This document shows positions 1 to 9,813 of a DNA stretch of 64,000 nucleotides, piece by piece (position 1 is the first letter of the stretch; each line of letters begins with the position of its first letter). This stretch comes from a virus (Duplodnaviria; Caudoviricetes). The stretch spans positions 128,001-192,000 of IMG/VR virus record IMGVR_UViG_3300050142_000050. One strand, written 5' to 3'. The position numbers were made by a program, and so were the translations under genes. Under the pieces are notes generated by a model, which was not told the DNA's origin, made no database searches, and saw only the letters and a program-made list of their open reading frames with translations.

Positions 1-1
1 G

Positions 2-697
2 CTGGAAGCCAAGACTCCCATGAGTGGGGTCCTCGAATCCTTCAGGCATCTGCGCTATGAAGTGCAGGCTATCGAAGACAAGTTCGTGGAACTCTTCTCT
101 CGTGGCGACAAGACTGTCGACATCGAAGATCTGCGAGTATCGTCTCTGATGATGTTCGGTTTCCTCAATGCAGTCGATGCTTATATCGAATGGGTGGGGA
201 TGATCGGTGAGCTCTTGAATGGGAACTTCAAGACTCCCTACTACGCCAAGCTCGCTGAGTCGATGGCTACCCAGCATGTACCGCTCCTGCGCAACACCGA
301 GCATAGCTCGCAGACCTATTCGGTGATCGAGGCTTATATCCTCGATATGCGCAAGCGTGGCGTGGACTTGCAGATCAAGAGTGATGACACTTGGTTCTCG
401 ACTCTGGTCGATGATGCAGAGTTCACTCCTGCTGAACTCGATATGCTCAAGCCTCAGGTCATGGGTTTCTTCGGTGTGGTCGGTCCGATCGTCCACCTGC
501 TGGAGCGCAAGTATCTCAAGCGTCAGCAACGCTTGAAGGACCAGATGGAACTGATGGAAGCCCGCATCGTCTTGGTCACCCGCAAGTTGGAAGGTCTCGA
601 TCCTGAATCTCCCGAATACATTCGGTTGAGTAAGGTTATAGCGAGCTACGCTGACAGCATCGCAAAGCTCGATCAAGAGATCGATCGCTCTCACTGA
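2..697 (+). CDS. Putative virion structural protein, 5'-partial (frame open to the window edge)
   Basis: Frame is open upstream of ATG 20 (LEAKTPM...). C-terminal coiled coil (RQQRLKDQMELMEARI...IAKLDQEID). Sits among phiKZ-like head genes. Confidence 0.55.
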   Translation: MEAKTPMSGVLESFRHLRYEVQAIEDKFVELFSRGDKTVDIEDLRVSSLMMFGFLNAVDAYIEWVGMIGELLNGNFKTPYYAKLAESMATQHVPLLRNTEHSSQTYSVIEAYILDMRKRGVDLQIKSDDTWFSTLVDDAEFTPAELDMLKPQVMGFFGVVGPIVHLLERKYLKRQQRLKDQMELMEARIVLVTRKLEGLDPESPEYIRLSKVIASYADSIAKLDQEIDRSH

Positions 698-707
698 GGA
701 TCAAACC

Positions 708-1640
708 ATGCGACAGCATCATCATCACAACCTGCGCCAGGTGTTGCCCAATACACAGGCGCTTGGTACGATGTTTATTCCGACACACAATCGGTTCTTT
801 TGGGCAGTCGAGAAATATCTCGATCTGATCACCGCTCGAGACCGTCTCGAGTTCGGTAAGGGGACGAAAGTCCTTTATGCAGTACTCCAGGGTACCGGTA
901 GGTTTGATTACCAGGACACGATCGCGGTCGCCGATAAGGCCATCCGCCTGGGCATCATCCCTGATGACATCTCGTCGTTCGGATATGCCCAGGTGCGCAA
1001 CAATATCCAGTTGTATGGTACCGAGCTCATCCGCCTCATCAGTGAACGAGTCTCGCTCATCATCAATGGGAATGTGAGCAACCCTCGACCATTCAGTGGA
1101 AACAACCAGGGTCGCGTGCGTCGCAACTTCTATACGCCACCGCTCACCCTGGTGACTGGTTTACAGAAGGTAGCGGATGCCTGCTTCCGTCCTGAGTTCG
1201 CAGAAGATACTCTACGAACAGCTGAGTTCGATGCACTGTCCTGTCTAGCGCATGTCCGGGATTCCCGCAGTTTCTCGGCTGAGTCTCAGACTTCGTGGGG
1301 TGCTCTATTACAAGCGCTCAAGGTTCTTTCATGGCATCTCTCGATGCCCTGGACGGATCACATCGCATGTTCTCGAGTGTTGCGCATCCTCTGGGTGATC
1401 GCCAAGATGGTCTACGGCGATGTCATCGCCAGTCCTCTCCTGCGCGATATGAATGTCGGACTGCGGATGAACAAGTGCTTCGTCACTGATGGTACGGCAG
1501 CAGCACTACCGTGGCCGACAGCCAACACCATGCGCATGTATGTCGAAGAGTACACTCGTGGTACCTCTCCGCGTGCTAAGGCGTATCTGGACGCAGTCAG
1601 CTTGGACATCGACCCTTCGCAAGGAAACTTTGATGCATAA
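708..1640 (+). CDS. Hypothetical protein, probably virion-associated (310 aa)
   Basis: SD GAGGA before ATG. Tightly packed with neighbours. No recognisable motif. Confidence 0.6.
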   Translation: MRQHHHHNLRQVLPNTQALGTMFIPTHNRFFWAVEKYLDLITARDRLEFGKGTKVLYAVLQGTGRFDYQDTIAVADKAIRLGIIPDDISSFGYAQVRNNIQLYGTELIRLISERVSLIINGNVSNPRPFSGNNQGRVRRNFYTPPLTLVTGLQKVADACFRPEFAEDTLRTAEFDALSCLAHVRDSRSFSAESQTSWGALLQALKVLSWHLSMPWTDHIACSRVLRILWVIAKMVYGDVIASPLLRDMNVGLRMNKCFVTDGTAAALPWPTANTMRMYVEEYTRGTSPRAKAYLDAVSLDIDPSQGNFDA

Positions 1641-2640
1641 GTCACATATGCTCCCCTTCGTCATCGACCGAATGTCGAACATGCTCCTGCGCATGAATCA
1701 GCTGACGTCGTCCGGAACAGTACTCGCCAACAAGGCGGCTCATGCTCGCACTATGCGCGATGTGGTGGCTCAGTATGGCGCATCACGGCAGTTGGTGGCA
1801 CTGGCTACCGAGTCGATCTCCGGACTGACTGATATGCCTGAGCTGCGCCTCCTGGGGGCTTACTCGGAACATCGGTGGTCTGCTCACAATGTGAAGGCTC
1901 TGGAATCTCTGGAAAACGCAGTGGTATGTACCACTGACGAAGAGAACAAGAACCTGGGTGAGACCATCACTATCCTGCGACAACTGTTCGAGGATGCGGA
2001 CCAGTCTCTGGACGTACTCTCCTCGAGCGTCGCTAAGACCCGTGCAGACGTTTCGATCGTCAAGGACACATATTCCTATGGTCGTATCATGAGCCTCTCC
2101 AGTGAGGCTTATAATCGATTTTTGGATACATTGACGAGCTATCTGACAGCGTTCCTGTCGATCGACATGACTCTGACCGAAAAGACAGCTTCGGAGCTGG
2201 AGTCTGAAGCTGATTCCACCACCGAGGAAATCTCTTCGGTATCAGGCATGTTCGGTTGCAACGTGACATACTGCGGGATTCACTCCGTCGACCGCGATGC
2301 CGACTTCACTCCCAAAACAACGACGATTGCCGATGCTGGCCTTTCTCGTGAAGTCCTGACTGATCTCCTCACCAAGAACCTCGATCTCCTCGAAAAGATG
2401 TCGACGGTAGCTTGGCATGGTGATGTTGTTGTGCAGGCTCTAGAAAAGCTCGTCGAGCAGTACAACGAGCTGATGGCTTCGGAAGAAGAGCAGAGTCGTG
2501 TTTATGCGGCTTCGCATCGCCGGATGGTCGAGATCATCGCTGGAGCGATCGTGCACTTCTTCAATGAGGGCATGTCGATCACGAATCGTCTGGTTTCGGT
2601 GAGCGATCAGTTCGTCGACTCCGAGATCAAATGTCTTTGA
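1633..2640 (+). CDS. Putative head protein with A-x-E maturation sites (335 aa)
   Basis: Start moved to ATG 1633 (SD AAGGA, overlaps the upstream gene end). Contains ATES and ALES, matching the phiKZ-type S/A/G-x-E cleavage motif. Confidence 0.6.
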   Translation: MHKSHMLPFVIDRMSNMLLRMNQLTSSGTVLANKAAHARTMRDVVAQYGASRQLVALATESISGLTDMPELRLLGAYSEHRWSAHNVKALESLENAVVCTTDEENKNLGETITILRQLFEDADQSLDVLSSSVAKTRADVSIVKDTYSYGRIMSLSSEAYNRFLDTLTSYLTAFLSIDMTLTEKTASELESEADSTTEEISSVSGMFGCNVTYCGIHSVDRDADFTPKTTTIADAGLSREVLTDLLTKNLDLLEKMSTVAWHGDVVVQALEKLVEQYNELMASEEEQSRVYAASHRRMVEIIAGAIVHFFNEGMSITNRLVSVSDQFVDSEIKCL

Positions 2641-2720
2641 TCTGATTGATTAGGGAGAGGGCTCACGCCCTCTCCCTACTTCATTTTATGCTTTGTTACT
2701 CGAATTAGAGGATAGCCCAC

Positions 2721-4106
2721 ATGTTCTCCGTTATGTCCACCGAATCTCTGGCGTTTCAGCCTCGCAGTAAGCTCTACAACCAAGTCTCCGCACTGTGTCA
2801 GGAAGCACTCGACATCATCCAACCTAAGATCAAGGTTGTTCAGCTCTCGGACAAGATGGCTCGTGACGAACTGATGAAGATGAGGTTCCCTCTCCGCCTA
2901 GTGGAGATTGCCAATGAGGCGATGGGCCCCATTTTCAATCGCTGCTTCATCGAATCATCCCCCATGGGGGTGAACGCCTACTGCGGTATTGATGATGTAA
3001 CGATGCGAGGTCGCGGTGACTCTCTGGGCACACTCCTGGAGAAGTATAATCGGGACTACGATGATCACTCGGGTAAGCTCAATCCGAAAGATGACGTCAA
3101 GGTCAAGATGTTCATGGGCATCTACACCGGCTTCTTCGTTCTCAAGACTCCGGGTGGTGAACCTTACTTCACTGCCGACGAGATTGCCGCGATCATGCTT
3201 CACGAAATGGGGCATGCCGACGACTTCATCCGCACATCGCTGCGTACCATCAAGGTCACCACCGACAGTGCCGAGATCGTACGCTACGTGCAGGATCATC
3301 CCTCGGCAGAGAACGCTATGGCGGTCATCGAGACCTTGAAGAAGAAGAATCACCTCGACCGCACTTGGACGGTAATGCTCGCACGATGTGAGGAGTATTT
3401 CAAGAACAATCCCGAACCCTCTGACCCCTACTTCTTCGAGGCATTGGGAGCTCTATGTAATTCGATGAACTCCTCTTCTTTGTTCAACTGTGCATATATA
3501 TCGGAGATGTATGAAAGCGGGGAGAAGCAGAATCGCCGGTGGACCACCGAAACCCTCGTCGATATGGAACGCCAGGCCGATGAGTTTGCGACCCGCAATG
3601 GTGCCGGTGCGGCAGCGGTTAGCGGTCTTCACAAAATGTATCAGCAGTACAATAGTCTGAGTGGGACCCTCGCAGAAATGCGTCGTAGCCCTTTCCTCGC
3701 ATATGAGATTTTCGCTATGACGCTCACATCTCGCATCAATGAATTCATTAATCCGTCAATCGACACGTCGGTTACCGCATACGACCCACTATGGCGTCGC
3801 ATGGAGCTCATCGTCGAGACTATGAAACACTCTTTCTCTAAGGATCCTAGCGAAGAAGTGAAGGTTCACTATCGTAAAGAGATCGAGATCGCTGAGAATA
3901 TTATCCGTCGCTACAAGAGCTCCGCGGCGGCAATCACGCGCAAGGCTATCCTTACCTCCACGAAACTTGTGTCAGTACCTTTGGGGGTACTCTTCTCTCC
4001 ATTCCTGACTTGGTCACGCCGGAGTGACGATTACACCAAGCTGAGTCATTCGACTCGTCATCTGACGCGAAACGACTTCAGCTACATCGCCGACACATTG
4101 CGATAA
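2721..4106 (+). CDS. Zincin metalloprotease (M48-like), probably virion-packaged
   Basis: AAIMLHEMGH (HExxH) plus ERQADEFA third-ligand motif. N-terminal STES|LAFQ putative maturation site. Confidence 0.7.
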   Translation: MFSVMSTESLAFQPRSKLYNQVSALCQEALDIIQPKIKVVQLSDKMARDELMKMRFPLRLVEIANEAMGPIFNRCFIESSPMGVNAYCGIDDVTMRGRGDSLGTLLEKYNRDYDDHSGKLNPKDDVKVKMFMGIYTGFFVLKTPGGEPYFTADEIAAIMLHEMGHADDFIRTSLRTIKVTTDSAEIVRYVQDHPSAENAMAVIETLKKKNHLDRTWTVMLARCEEYFKNNPEPSDPYFFEALGALCNSMNSSSLFNCAYISEMYESGEKQNRRWTTETLVDMERQADEFATRNGAGAAAVSGLHKMYQQYNSLSGTLAEMRRSPFLAYEIFAMTLTSRINEFINPSIDTSVTAYDPLWRRMELIVETMKHSFSKDPSEEVKVHYRKEIEIAENIIRRYKSSAAAITRKAILTSTKLVSVPLGVLFSPFLTWSRRSDDYTKLSHSTRHLTRNDFSYIADTLR

Positions 4107-4144
4107 GGATGTACGGTACCACCCTCGCGGGTGGTACCGTACCT

Positions 4145-4555
4145 TCACGATATGATTTTGCAGAGGTAGCCGGCAGATGCCAACAGAGCGACCACGTTCT
4201 CGATATTCCCATCGGGGATATCGACTTTGATAGTCTTGGAGACACCTTCGGTGATGACCGAGAGGCTACCGGCCGTGATCCACTCGTTGGCGAAGATCCG
4301 CGTCACGGGATTCTCAGCACCATTGTCGATCTCGACCATGAAGTAAGTGAGCTCAGTGACATCAGAAGTCACCGTAGCATCCACCTGACGCACCGCGTTG
4401 TTGTACGGGATGGGATTGGACAAGAACGCCTTATACCCACGATAGGAACCGCGTGAGAGGAGGGTGCCTACCCATACAGTCTCATCACTCAGGTTCTTGG
4501 AGCGGAAGCGAATCTTGTCCCCGATGTCGACATCATTGATTGTCAGGTTTGGCAT
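4145..4555 (-). CDS. Conserved phiKZ-like hypothetical protein (136 aa, beta-rich)
   Basis: SD GAGGA. Overlaps the chaperonin stop. Ends at a hairpin between convergent genes. Confidence 0.65.
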   Translation of the reverse strand: MPNLTINDVDIGDKIRFRSKNLSDETVWVGTLLSRGSYRGYKAFLSNPIPYNNAVRQVDATVTSDVTELTYFMVEIDNGAENPVTRIFANEWITAGSLSVITEGVSKTIKVDIPDGNIENVVALLASAGYLCKIIS

Positions 4556-6404
4556 CTCGGTTCCTCATGTCGATGATCTGACCAGTATTGGCCAACTTCG
4601 GAAGGATGTCCTTGAACCGACGGAACTGCTCATCATAACCGATGAAAGCTTGGATGAGAGCATGCTCGCCATCACAGTCCAGAAACCCTTTCATAACATC
4701 GGGATTGGCCAGATCGCCCTTCTGGATGACGGCTTCATCATCCTTGAGGCGACTGATGCGATAGACGAACTTACTGAAGCTATCTGTGGTCAGAGGGAGA
4801 GGTGCTCGAGTAGCAGCCATCAGGATCTCGACCAAGGTGGTCTGGAGATCGTGAATGACATGCGTCGGATCACTCTTCTCGACACGACCATTGATGATAC
4901 CCAGCATGTGATCATAGCCCGAAAGCACGAAGCCATCGAAGACTGCGCTGGTAGCCGCTGTGATGGCATCCTGGAACACGGTCAGGTTCGAGGCCTGCTC
5001 ATGCCGGGTATCGCCCAGTGTGATCTCATAGAGCTTCTGCGTCGTCGTATGACGATAAAGATCGGTAAGGTGTGCCAGATCTTCGGGATCCAGTGGAGGA
5101 TTGACCGGATCGTTCTGACACTTCTGGATGGTATCGAGCATCTCATCGACCACCGCATTGTAGAAAGGATGATCGGGAGAATTCAAGAAAGGATGGTTAC
5201 TCCCACCATCACGATGGTAGAGACCACTCAGTTCGACAGTGCCACCATGTTGGAACACACTCACACCACCATCGAGACCGATCAGGAGATCACTCGCGGA
5301 CTGCGTGAAGTTACGCTCGAACTTACCAGCACCGGCCACGGCCTTGATGGCTGATACCACCGAGTAGAGAAGACGAGGACGAGCGTGGAACTGGATGCGG
5401 ATGATCCGACCACCCTTCGTCTGCTGATTGTAGGTGTCGATGACCTGATTGAGACGCGATGATTGGAACGAAGGTGCCAAGATCACCAGATCTCGCGTCA
5501 ATCCTTCATTGAGCTTCTTCCAAGGTGTCATACCACCCAGATCCTGCATGGTAGCTGGATCATCACCGACGATGAGTTCGGTGAGGAAGAGCTCTTCCAG
5601 AGAGCTGTCAGCGATCACCTGCTCAGCCATATATAGGACGCAATCTTCCGACAGCATCTGTGTACCAGACTGGTGATTGAGGTCATAGTGAGATTCACAA
5701 CGACCTTCCAGGATGAAGTCGTAAGGGACCTGCTTCAGGATGAAGGGGTCAGAGATCTCAGTGGTCTCAGGACGCACCTTGAAGACTCGTCCACCCTTCT
5801 CAGGGAGACTGGACACCACGGTAGCGATCTTCTCGGACAGATCGCGGTTACCCTTCGAGCTGACCATGGCCATATTCCAGGCCACTGCATACTTGATGTC
5901 CTCACGGGAGTATTCACCCGCCAGATCCATCGTACCGATCAATTCCTCCAGATCATCGATCGTGATCTTGGTCTTCTCGAATTCCTGCCAAATGGACTTG
6001 AGCGTTTCAGCCAGTTGGATGGAACGAGCGATATTCTTAGTACCGATGATGTTCTCATCGAGACCATTGAGGATGTGGCGCATGCTCAGTGCCAGGAACA
6101 ACATCGATGTCGTGGTACCATCACCACAGCGCTGATCCACTGCATGGCCCACGAAGCGGCACATACGCGACAGACTGCGCTCCACCGGACATTCGGATGA
6201 GTAGAGCGATGTCAGGATGCGGATACCATCCTTGGTGAATTCCTCGACATCATTGTTCTGACGATATTTCGAGGAGATCAGGGCACTTGCCGCATAAGGA
6301 CCAGTGTGCAACTTGAGGATGTCGATGATCCCATCGAGTACCTTGACGCCCTTGGTCTTGAGATCTGCGATCGAAGACTGATTGTAATAGATTTTATCCG
6401 ACAT
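4533..6404 (-). CDS. groEL: Diverged GroEL-like chaperonin (623 aa)
   Basis: TKDG, CGDGTTTS nucleotide-binding motif and QDAITAATSAVFDGFVLSG. Start moved to ATG 6404 with SD GAGGA. Confidence 0.8.
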   Translation of the reverse strand: MSDKIYYNQSSIADLKTKGVKVLDGIIDILKLHTGPYAASALISSKYRQNNDVEEFTKDGIRILTSLYSSECPVERSLSRMCRFVGHAVDQRCGDGTTTSMLFLALSMRHILNGLDENIIGTKNIARSIQLAETLKSIWQEFEKTKITIDDLEELIGTMDLAGEYSREDIKYAVAWNMAMVSSKGNRDLSEKIATVVSSLPEKGGRVFKVRPETTEISDPFILKQVPYDFILEGRCESHYDLNHQSGTQMLSEDCVLYMAEQVIADSSLEELFLTELIVGDDPATMQDLGGMTPWKKLNEGLTRDLVILAPSFQSSRLNQVIDTYNQQTKGGRIIRIQFHARPRLLYSVVSAIKAVAGAGKFERNFTQSASDLLIGLDGGVSVFQHGGTVELSGLYHRDGGSNHPFLNSPDHPFYNAVVDEMLDTIQKCQNDPVNPPLDPEDLAHLTDLYRHTTTQKLYEITLGDTRHEQASNLTVFQDAITAATSAVFDGFVLSGYDHMLGIINGRVEKSDPTHVIHDLQTTLVEILMAATRAPLPLTTDSFSKFVYRISRLKDDEAVIQKGDLANPDVMKGFLDCDGEHALIQAFIGYDEQFRRFKDILPKLANTGQIIDMRNRDAKPDNQ

Positions 6405-6433
6405 AAGTCCTCTTTTGAAAATTGAGCTGGGGG

Positions 6434-6838
6434 TCAAATGCCCCCAGCTCGTAAACTCATCATTTCTTTGACGAGGAGCATGATTGTTTCATTAAGCTCC
6501 CCTTCTTTCCTCTTGGGCATCACCTTAGCTCGATCGTAGAGCTTTACCCATTCGTCATGCGGCATGTGGTGGTACACATCGGATACAGTGACACCGAACA
6601 CACTCTCGATCGGGTGTGACTCGAATGCCTCACAGATCTGGGTGAACAGATCTTTCCGTCTTAGATGAGCAGCTGTAGGCTCAAAGAAGCCTAGCATCTT
6701 TTCCAATGGGTTTGTGACGCCTTCAGGATAGATTCCCAAGATGCGAGCATTCATATCCTTACGGAAGAAGTCCCACTGGAAGTTCTCAGCTATACGGTTG
6801 GGGTCAGATACCCCTCGGTACGACTGAGACCTTCTCAT
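6434..6838 (-). CDS. Putative tail-assembly chaperone extension (gpT/P2 gpE'-like). May be made as a -1 frameshift fusion with the upstream gene
   Basis: Frame is open back through the T7 run at 6913-6919. Segment SVFGVTVSDVYHHMPHDEWVKLYDRA resembles gpT-like small domains. First in-frame ATG past the overlap is 6838. Confidence 0.55.
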   Translation of the reverse strand: MRRSQSYRGVSDPNRIAENFQWDFFRKDMNARILGIYPEGVTNPLEKMLGFFEPTAAHLRRKDLFTQICEAFESHPIESVFGVTVSDVYHHMPHDEWVKLYDRAKVMPKRKEGELNETIMLLVKEMMSLRAGGI

Positions 6839-6879
6839 CTCGTCATAAGTGTTCCACCACTCTTTCTCGGTATCAGCAT

Positions 6880-8439
6880 TTACCTCTTTCGAGAATACTG
6901 TACCGCTGCGGTAAAAAAAGCGGAGAACGGATCGAATGTCAGGAGGCCAGAGGGAGTGTCCTCGGAGTGACCGCACTTGGGGCAGGCCATCGAGGGATAA
7001 CCGACATAGGTGATCTGACACTTGTCGACATACTCGCGCATCCTGTTGCGCACTTCATCGCCGTAGCGGTCATCCGCCTCGAGGAGTGCGTATGCGACAG
7101 CTTCACGAGTATCGACCGAGATCCAGCGCGGAGGCTGTTGCTCACCACGGATGACCTCTTCGACCTTCTTCTCAGCCTTCTTCACCCAGGGACCATAAGC
7201 CCGAATGGCTCGCAGGTTGATCAGAGTGTTGAGCGCAGCTGCGTTGTCACCACGGACTTCCTGGACCACCTGAGTGAGGAAAGATTCACCATCCTCCAGA
7301 TGCTCGCGTACGGAAGGTACACGCATCGTGAAGCGATGATTGCCAATCTCGATGACTTCTCCATCGAAGGGATACTTCTTCTGAGCATCGAGAATCTCAG
7401 ATGAGGTATGCTTCTTCGACGAGAAGTGAGCACCCGACATGAACGTGATGACCTCAGGAGGAATCGCCGTATGACGAGTCAGGATCATCTTGCGCAGATC
7501 GGCCTTCAGTGAATGAACGTGATCGCACGCTGGGATATCCTTCTCAGGATCACCCCGATTCGTACACGGAATACGCCAACCATCATAACCGTTGGGCCAC
7601 ATCGCATCGGCCATCGCCATGTAGAGATGTGCCAAATCCGGCATACGAATCGTGCTCAGCAGTAGCTCACGTTGGTTGGCCTGATTGAAGCTCGATGCGA
7701 CGATCTTGTCCAGGATCCAACGTACGCCGATCTCACGACCGAAGAAGCTATTGTAGAAGTGGTAGTAGAGACCATCTTCATTGGCGAACGTGCGCTCCTC
7801 ATTGGCCAGATTGATGACCAATGCATCCGACTCAGAAGGCACTGGGACACGGATGTCCACAGTCATCGCCGAGTTCCATAGAGGCACACGACGGACGACT
7901 CCCTTCTCATGGAGCATCCATGCGGTCAGTGCATCTTCAGCAGCCGGCTGATAGATACCCTGCTCAGAGAAGCGAGACACCAGATCCTGGATACCGATGT
8001 TGCGGCCATCCGACGACACTCGACTCGTGGGAGCGGCTTCGCCATCGGCCTTGATCTTGTTCAGGAAGTCTCGCTGACGTCCTTCCTCAGCACTCTCGTC
8101 ATCGATCGCCTGAGCGATGATGTTCTCGTGACTACCCGTCACCAGGACACGTGCGGCGACAGTCTCGGGTGACGTACGCGCCGCTGCTATATCCAGGATG
8201 TTGGCCAGAGTCTCAACAGAGACATTGGTGAGTACGATGACAGACGGATCGTAGGCGGAAGTACTGCGAGATTGTTCAGTGATCTCCTCTTCAGGTTCTT
8301 CCTCCTTCTTTTCAACAGGAGAAGTACCCAGGTCGAGCTCTTCGTCATCGACATACCCAGGAGTGGGTTCCGGCGCAGGAGTAGCGCTGACATTCAGAGC
8401 ATCCTGCTCTTCAGGAATGCCCTCTTCATTTACGTTCAT
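6880..8439 (-). CDS. Baseplate hub / tail assembly chaperone-like protein (519 aa)
   Basis: Start at 8439 overlaps the upstream stop (ATGA). Acidic N-terminus, Cys motifs (CTNRG...CDH, CPKCGH) and a C-terminal FF as in T4 gp26/gp51-like proteins. Confidence 0.55.
   Translation of the reverse strand: MNVNEEGIPEEQDALNVSATPAPEPTPGYVDDEELDLGTSPVEKKEEEPEEEITEQSRSTSAYDPSVIVLTNVSVETLANILDIAAARTSPETVAARVLVTGSHENIIAQAIDDESAEEGRQRDFLNKIKADGEAAPTSRVSSDGRNIGIQDLVSRFSEQGIYQPAAEDALTAWMLHEKGVVRRVPLWNSAMTVDIRVPVPSESDALVINLANEERTFANEDGLYYHFYNSFFGREIGVRWILDKIVASSFNQANQRELLLSTIRMPDLAHLYMAMADAMWPNGYDGWRIPCTNRGDPEKDIPACDHVHSLKADLRKMILTRHTAIPPEVITFMSGAHFSSKKHTSSEILDAQKKYPFDGEVIEIGNHRFTMRVPSVREHLEDGESFLTQVVQEVRGDNAAALNTLINLRAIRAYGPWVKKAEKKVEEVIRGEQQPPRWISVDTREAVAYALLEADDRYGDEVRNRMREYVDKCQITYVGYPSMACPKCGHSEDTPSGLLTFDPFSAFFTAAVQYSRKR
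6913..6919 (-). other. Candidate -1 programmed frameshift slippery site U UUU UUU
   Basis: Minus strand reads GCT TTT TTT ACC in the upstream frame. A -1 slip gives TTT TTT TAC CGC, in frame with the downstream ORF. Confidence 0.55.
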
Positions 8440-9329
8440 TCCATCTGATCCTTTTTCATAGGAGCTATATAAACAGCATTGGGACGCAGGAGTATCATGC
8501 TCCATCCCTCACCGATGACTCGGTGTAATAACCGATAGGCACTACCGCTATCGTGGACGACGAGTAGTTCTTCACGGATGACGGGATGGGGTAACTTCTC
8601 CATGTCCTTGGTGTAGATGGTGTCCACACCTCTTGTTAATCTGGGAGAGCATGTGAAGGAATCATCCTCTGCGAATTTGACTTCGACAGGGATAGTGTTC
8701 TCTTCATCATTGTGTTTGAGAGCCATCACCTTATCAGTTTCACGAGGCTCGAGATAGGGGCGATACATAGCGCACCATGCTCTCACCATCTGAAAGTGAT
8801 AGAGACTATCGATAGCTAGTGAGTAGCGAGTGATGACCTCTCTTCCCACTTTGTTAAACTTCCGAGTATAAGCGCCACCGTATTTGTCAGTGATGACTTC
8901 ATCCTCGAAACTCTCACCTTTAGTCTTACCCAAGGCAGAGATCTGATCACGGATGTTCACGACGAGAGACTGCTCCTCATCATGACTCATGCCGTATATC
9001 TTACTCATGTACTTGTCGACTGTTTCCTGCAAGACAGGATCTGTGATTTTGATCATAGCGATCGTGTGGTCAGAAGCTCCATAGGTGAAGCTCTCCTCCG
9101 GTGATGATGACATGAAGTATAGATCATGATCAGCACCTAGATTACGAAGGATGTAAGGGATACGTCGCTGCGTGGTGCGCTGGAAGATAGTGCGGAAGAT
9201 ATCGAAGTCATCACGCTTGGGGACTTTAGGTTCCTTAGGAGTGGTAGACTTCTTCTTTTTGGAGGAGACGACAGGGGTCTCACTGATGAGTTCTTCCATC
9301 GGTCGAAATGCCTTTGTATGAATGTCCAA
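8436..9329 (-). CDS. Hypothetical protein (about 297 aa, start uncertain)
   Basis: Long ORF with a Lys-rich N-terminus. Stop overlaps the next start. Confidence 0.65.
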   Translation of the reverse strand: MDIHTKAFRPMEELISETPVVSSKKKKSTTPKEPKVPKRDDFDIFRTIFQRTTQRRIPYILRNLGADHDLYFMSSSPEESFTYGASDHTIAMIKITDPVLQETVDKYMSKIYGMSHDEEQSLVVNIRDQISALGKTKGESFEDEVITDKYGGAYTRKFNKVGREVITRYSLAIDSLYHFQMVRAWCAMYRPYLEPRETDKVMALKHNDEENTIPVEVKFAEDDSFTCSPRLTRGVDTIYTKDMEKLPHPVIREELLVVHDSGSAYRLLHRVIGEGWSMILLRPNAVYIAPMKKDQME

Positions 9330-9361
9330 TCAAAGGATCCCCTACCGAGGATTAAATACCT

Positions 9362-9613
9362 TTAGTCGGACTGATTCTCGATGATCTGTTCGACATTCAG
9401 ACGAATGGTCTCAGTACGTGCGTTGAAGTCAACCAGATCCAAGGTCGATGGGACAGATGTCGTGGTGATGCTGGCACTCAGGAGAGTGATGTCGCTATGG
9501 ATACGCGATAGCGCACCGTGAGCGTCCGTCGAGAAGGTATGCCCTTCGAGATTCTTTCTCATCTTGTTCAGGGAATCGATGAGACCTCGTACCTCTTCAT
9601 CTACATAGCTCAT
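9362..9613 (-). CDS. Small hypothetical protein (83 aa)
   Basis: ATG 9613 (MSYVDEEV...) gives a helical protein. The upstream extension in the ORF track looks non-coding. Confidence 0.5.
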   Translation of the reverse strand: MSYVDEEVRGLIDSLNKMRKNLEGHTFSTDAHGALSRIHSDITLLSASITTTSVPSTLDLVDFNARTETIRLNVEQIIENQSD

Positions 9614-9813
9614 AATCTTTAGGCTCTTGCTTAGGGTTACGGTTGACTCATGTCTGACAGGAAGCGACAATGATAAGCCCACTCGAAGCCCTCGCCTGTC
9701 ATAGTGTATAAACCACCACATTTTCACATTTTAACTCGTGGTATATTGAGAGGTAAACAAACTTGATTTGAGGACCACCATCATTTGATAAGAATTTGAA
9801 TAGGACTGATCCC

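Noticed and set aside
1489-1632. N-terminal extension of the 383-aa ORF
   Set aside because: Overlaps the upstream gene by about 150 nt. ATG 1633 has an SD and typical coupling.
4464-5354. Long antisense or alternate-frame ORFs (e.g. 4464-5354, 12423-13535, 17022-17786, 20334-21008, 46371-47195, 47219-48160)
   Set aside because: They lie opposite well-supported genes, lack SD sequences and motifs, and are expected shadows of codon bias.
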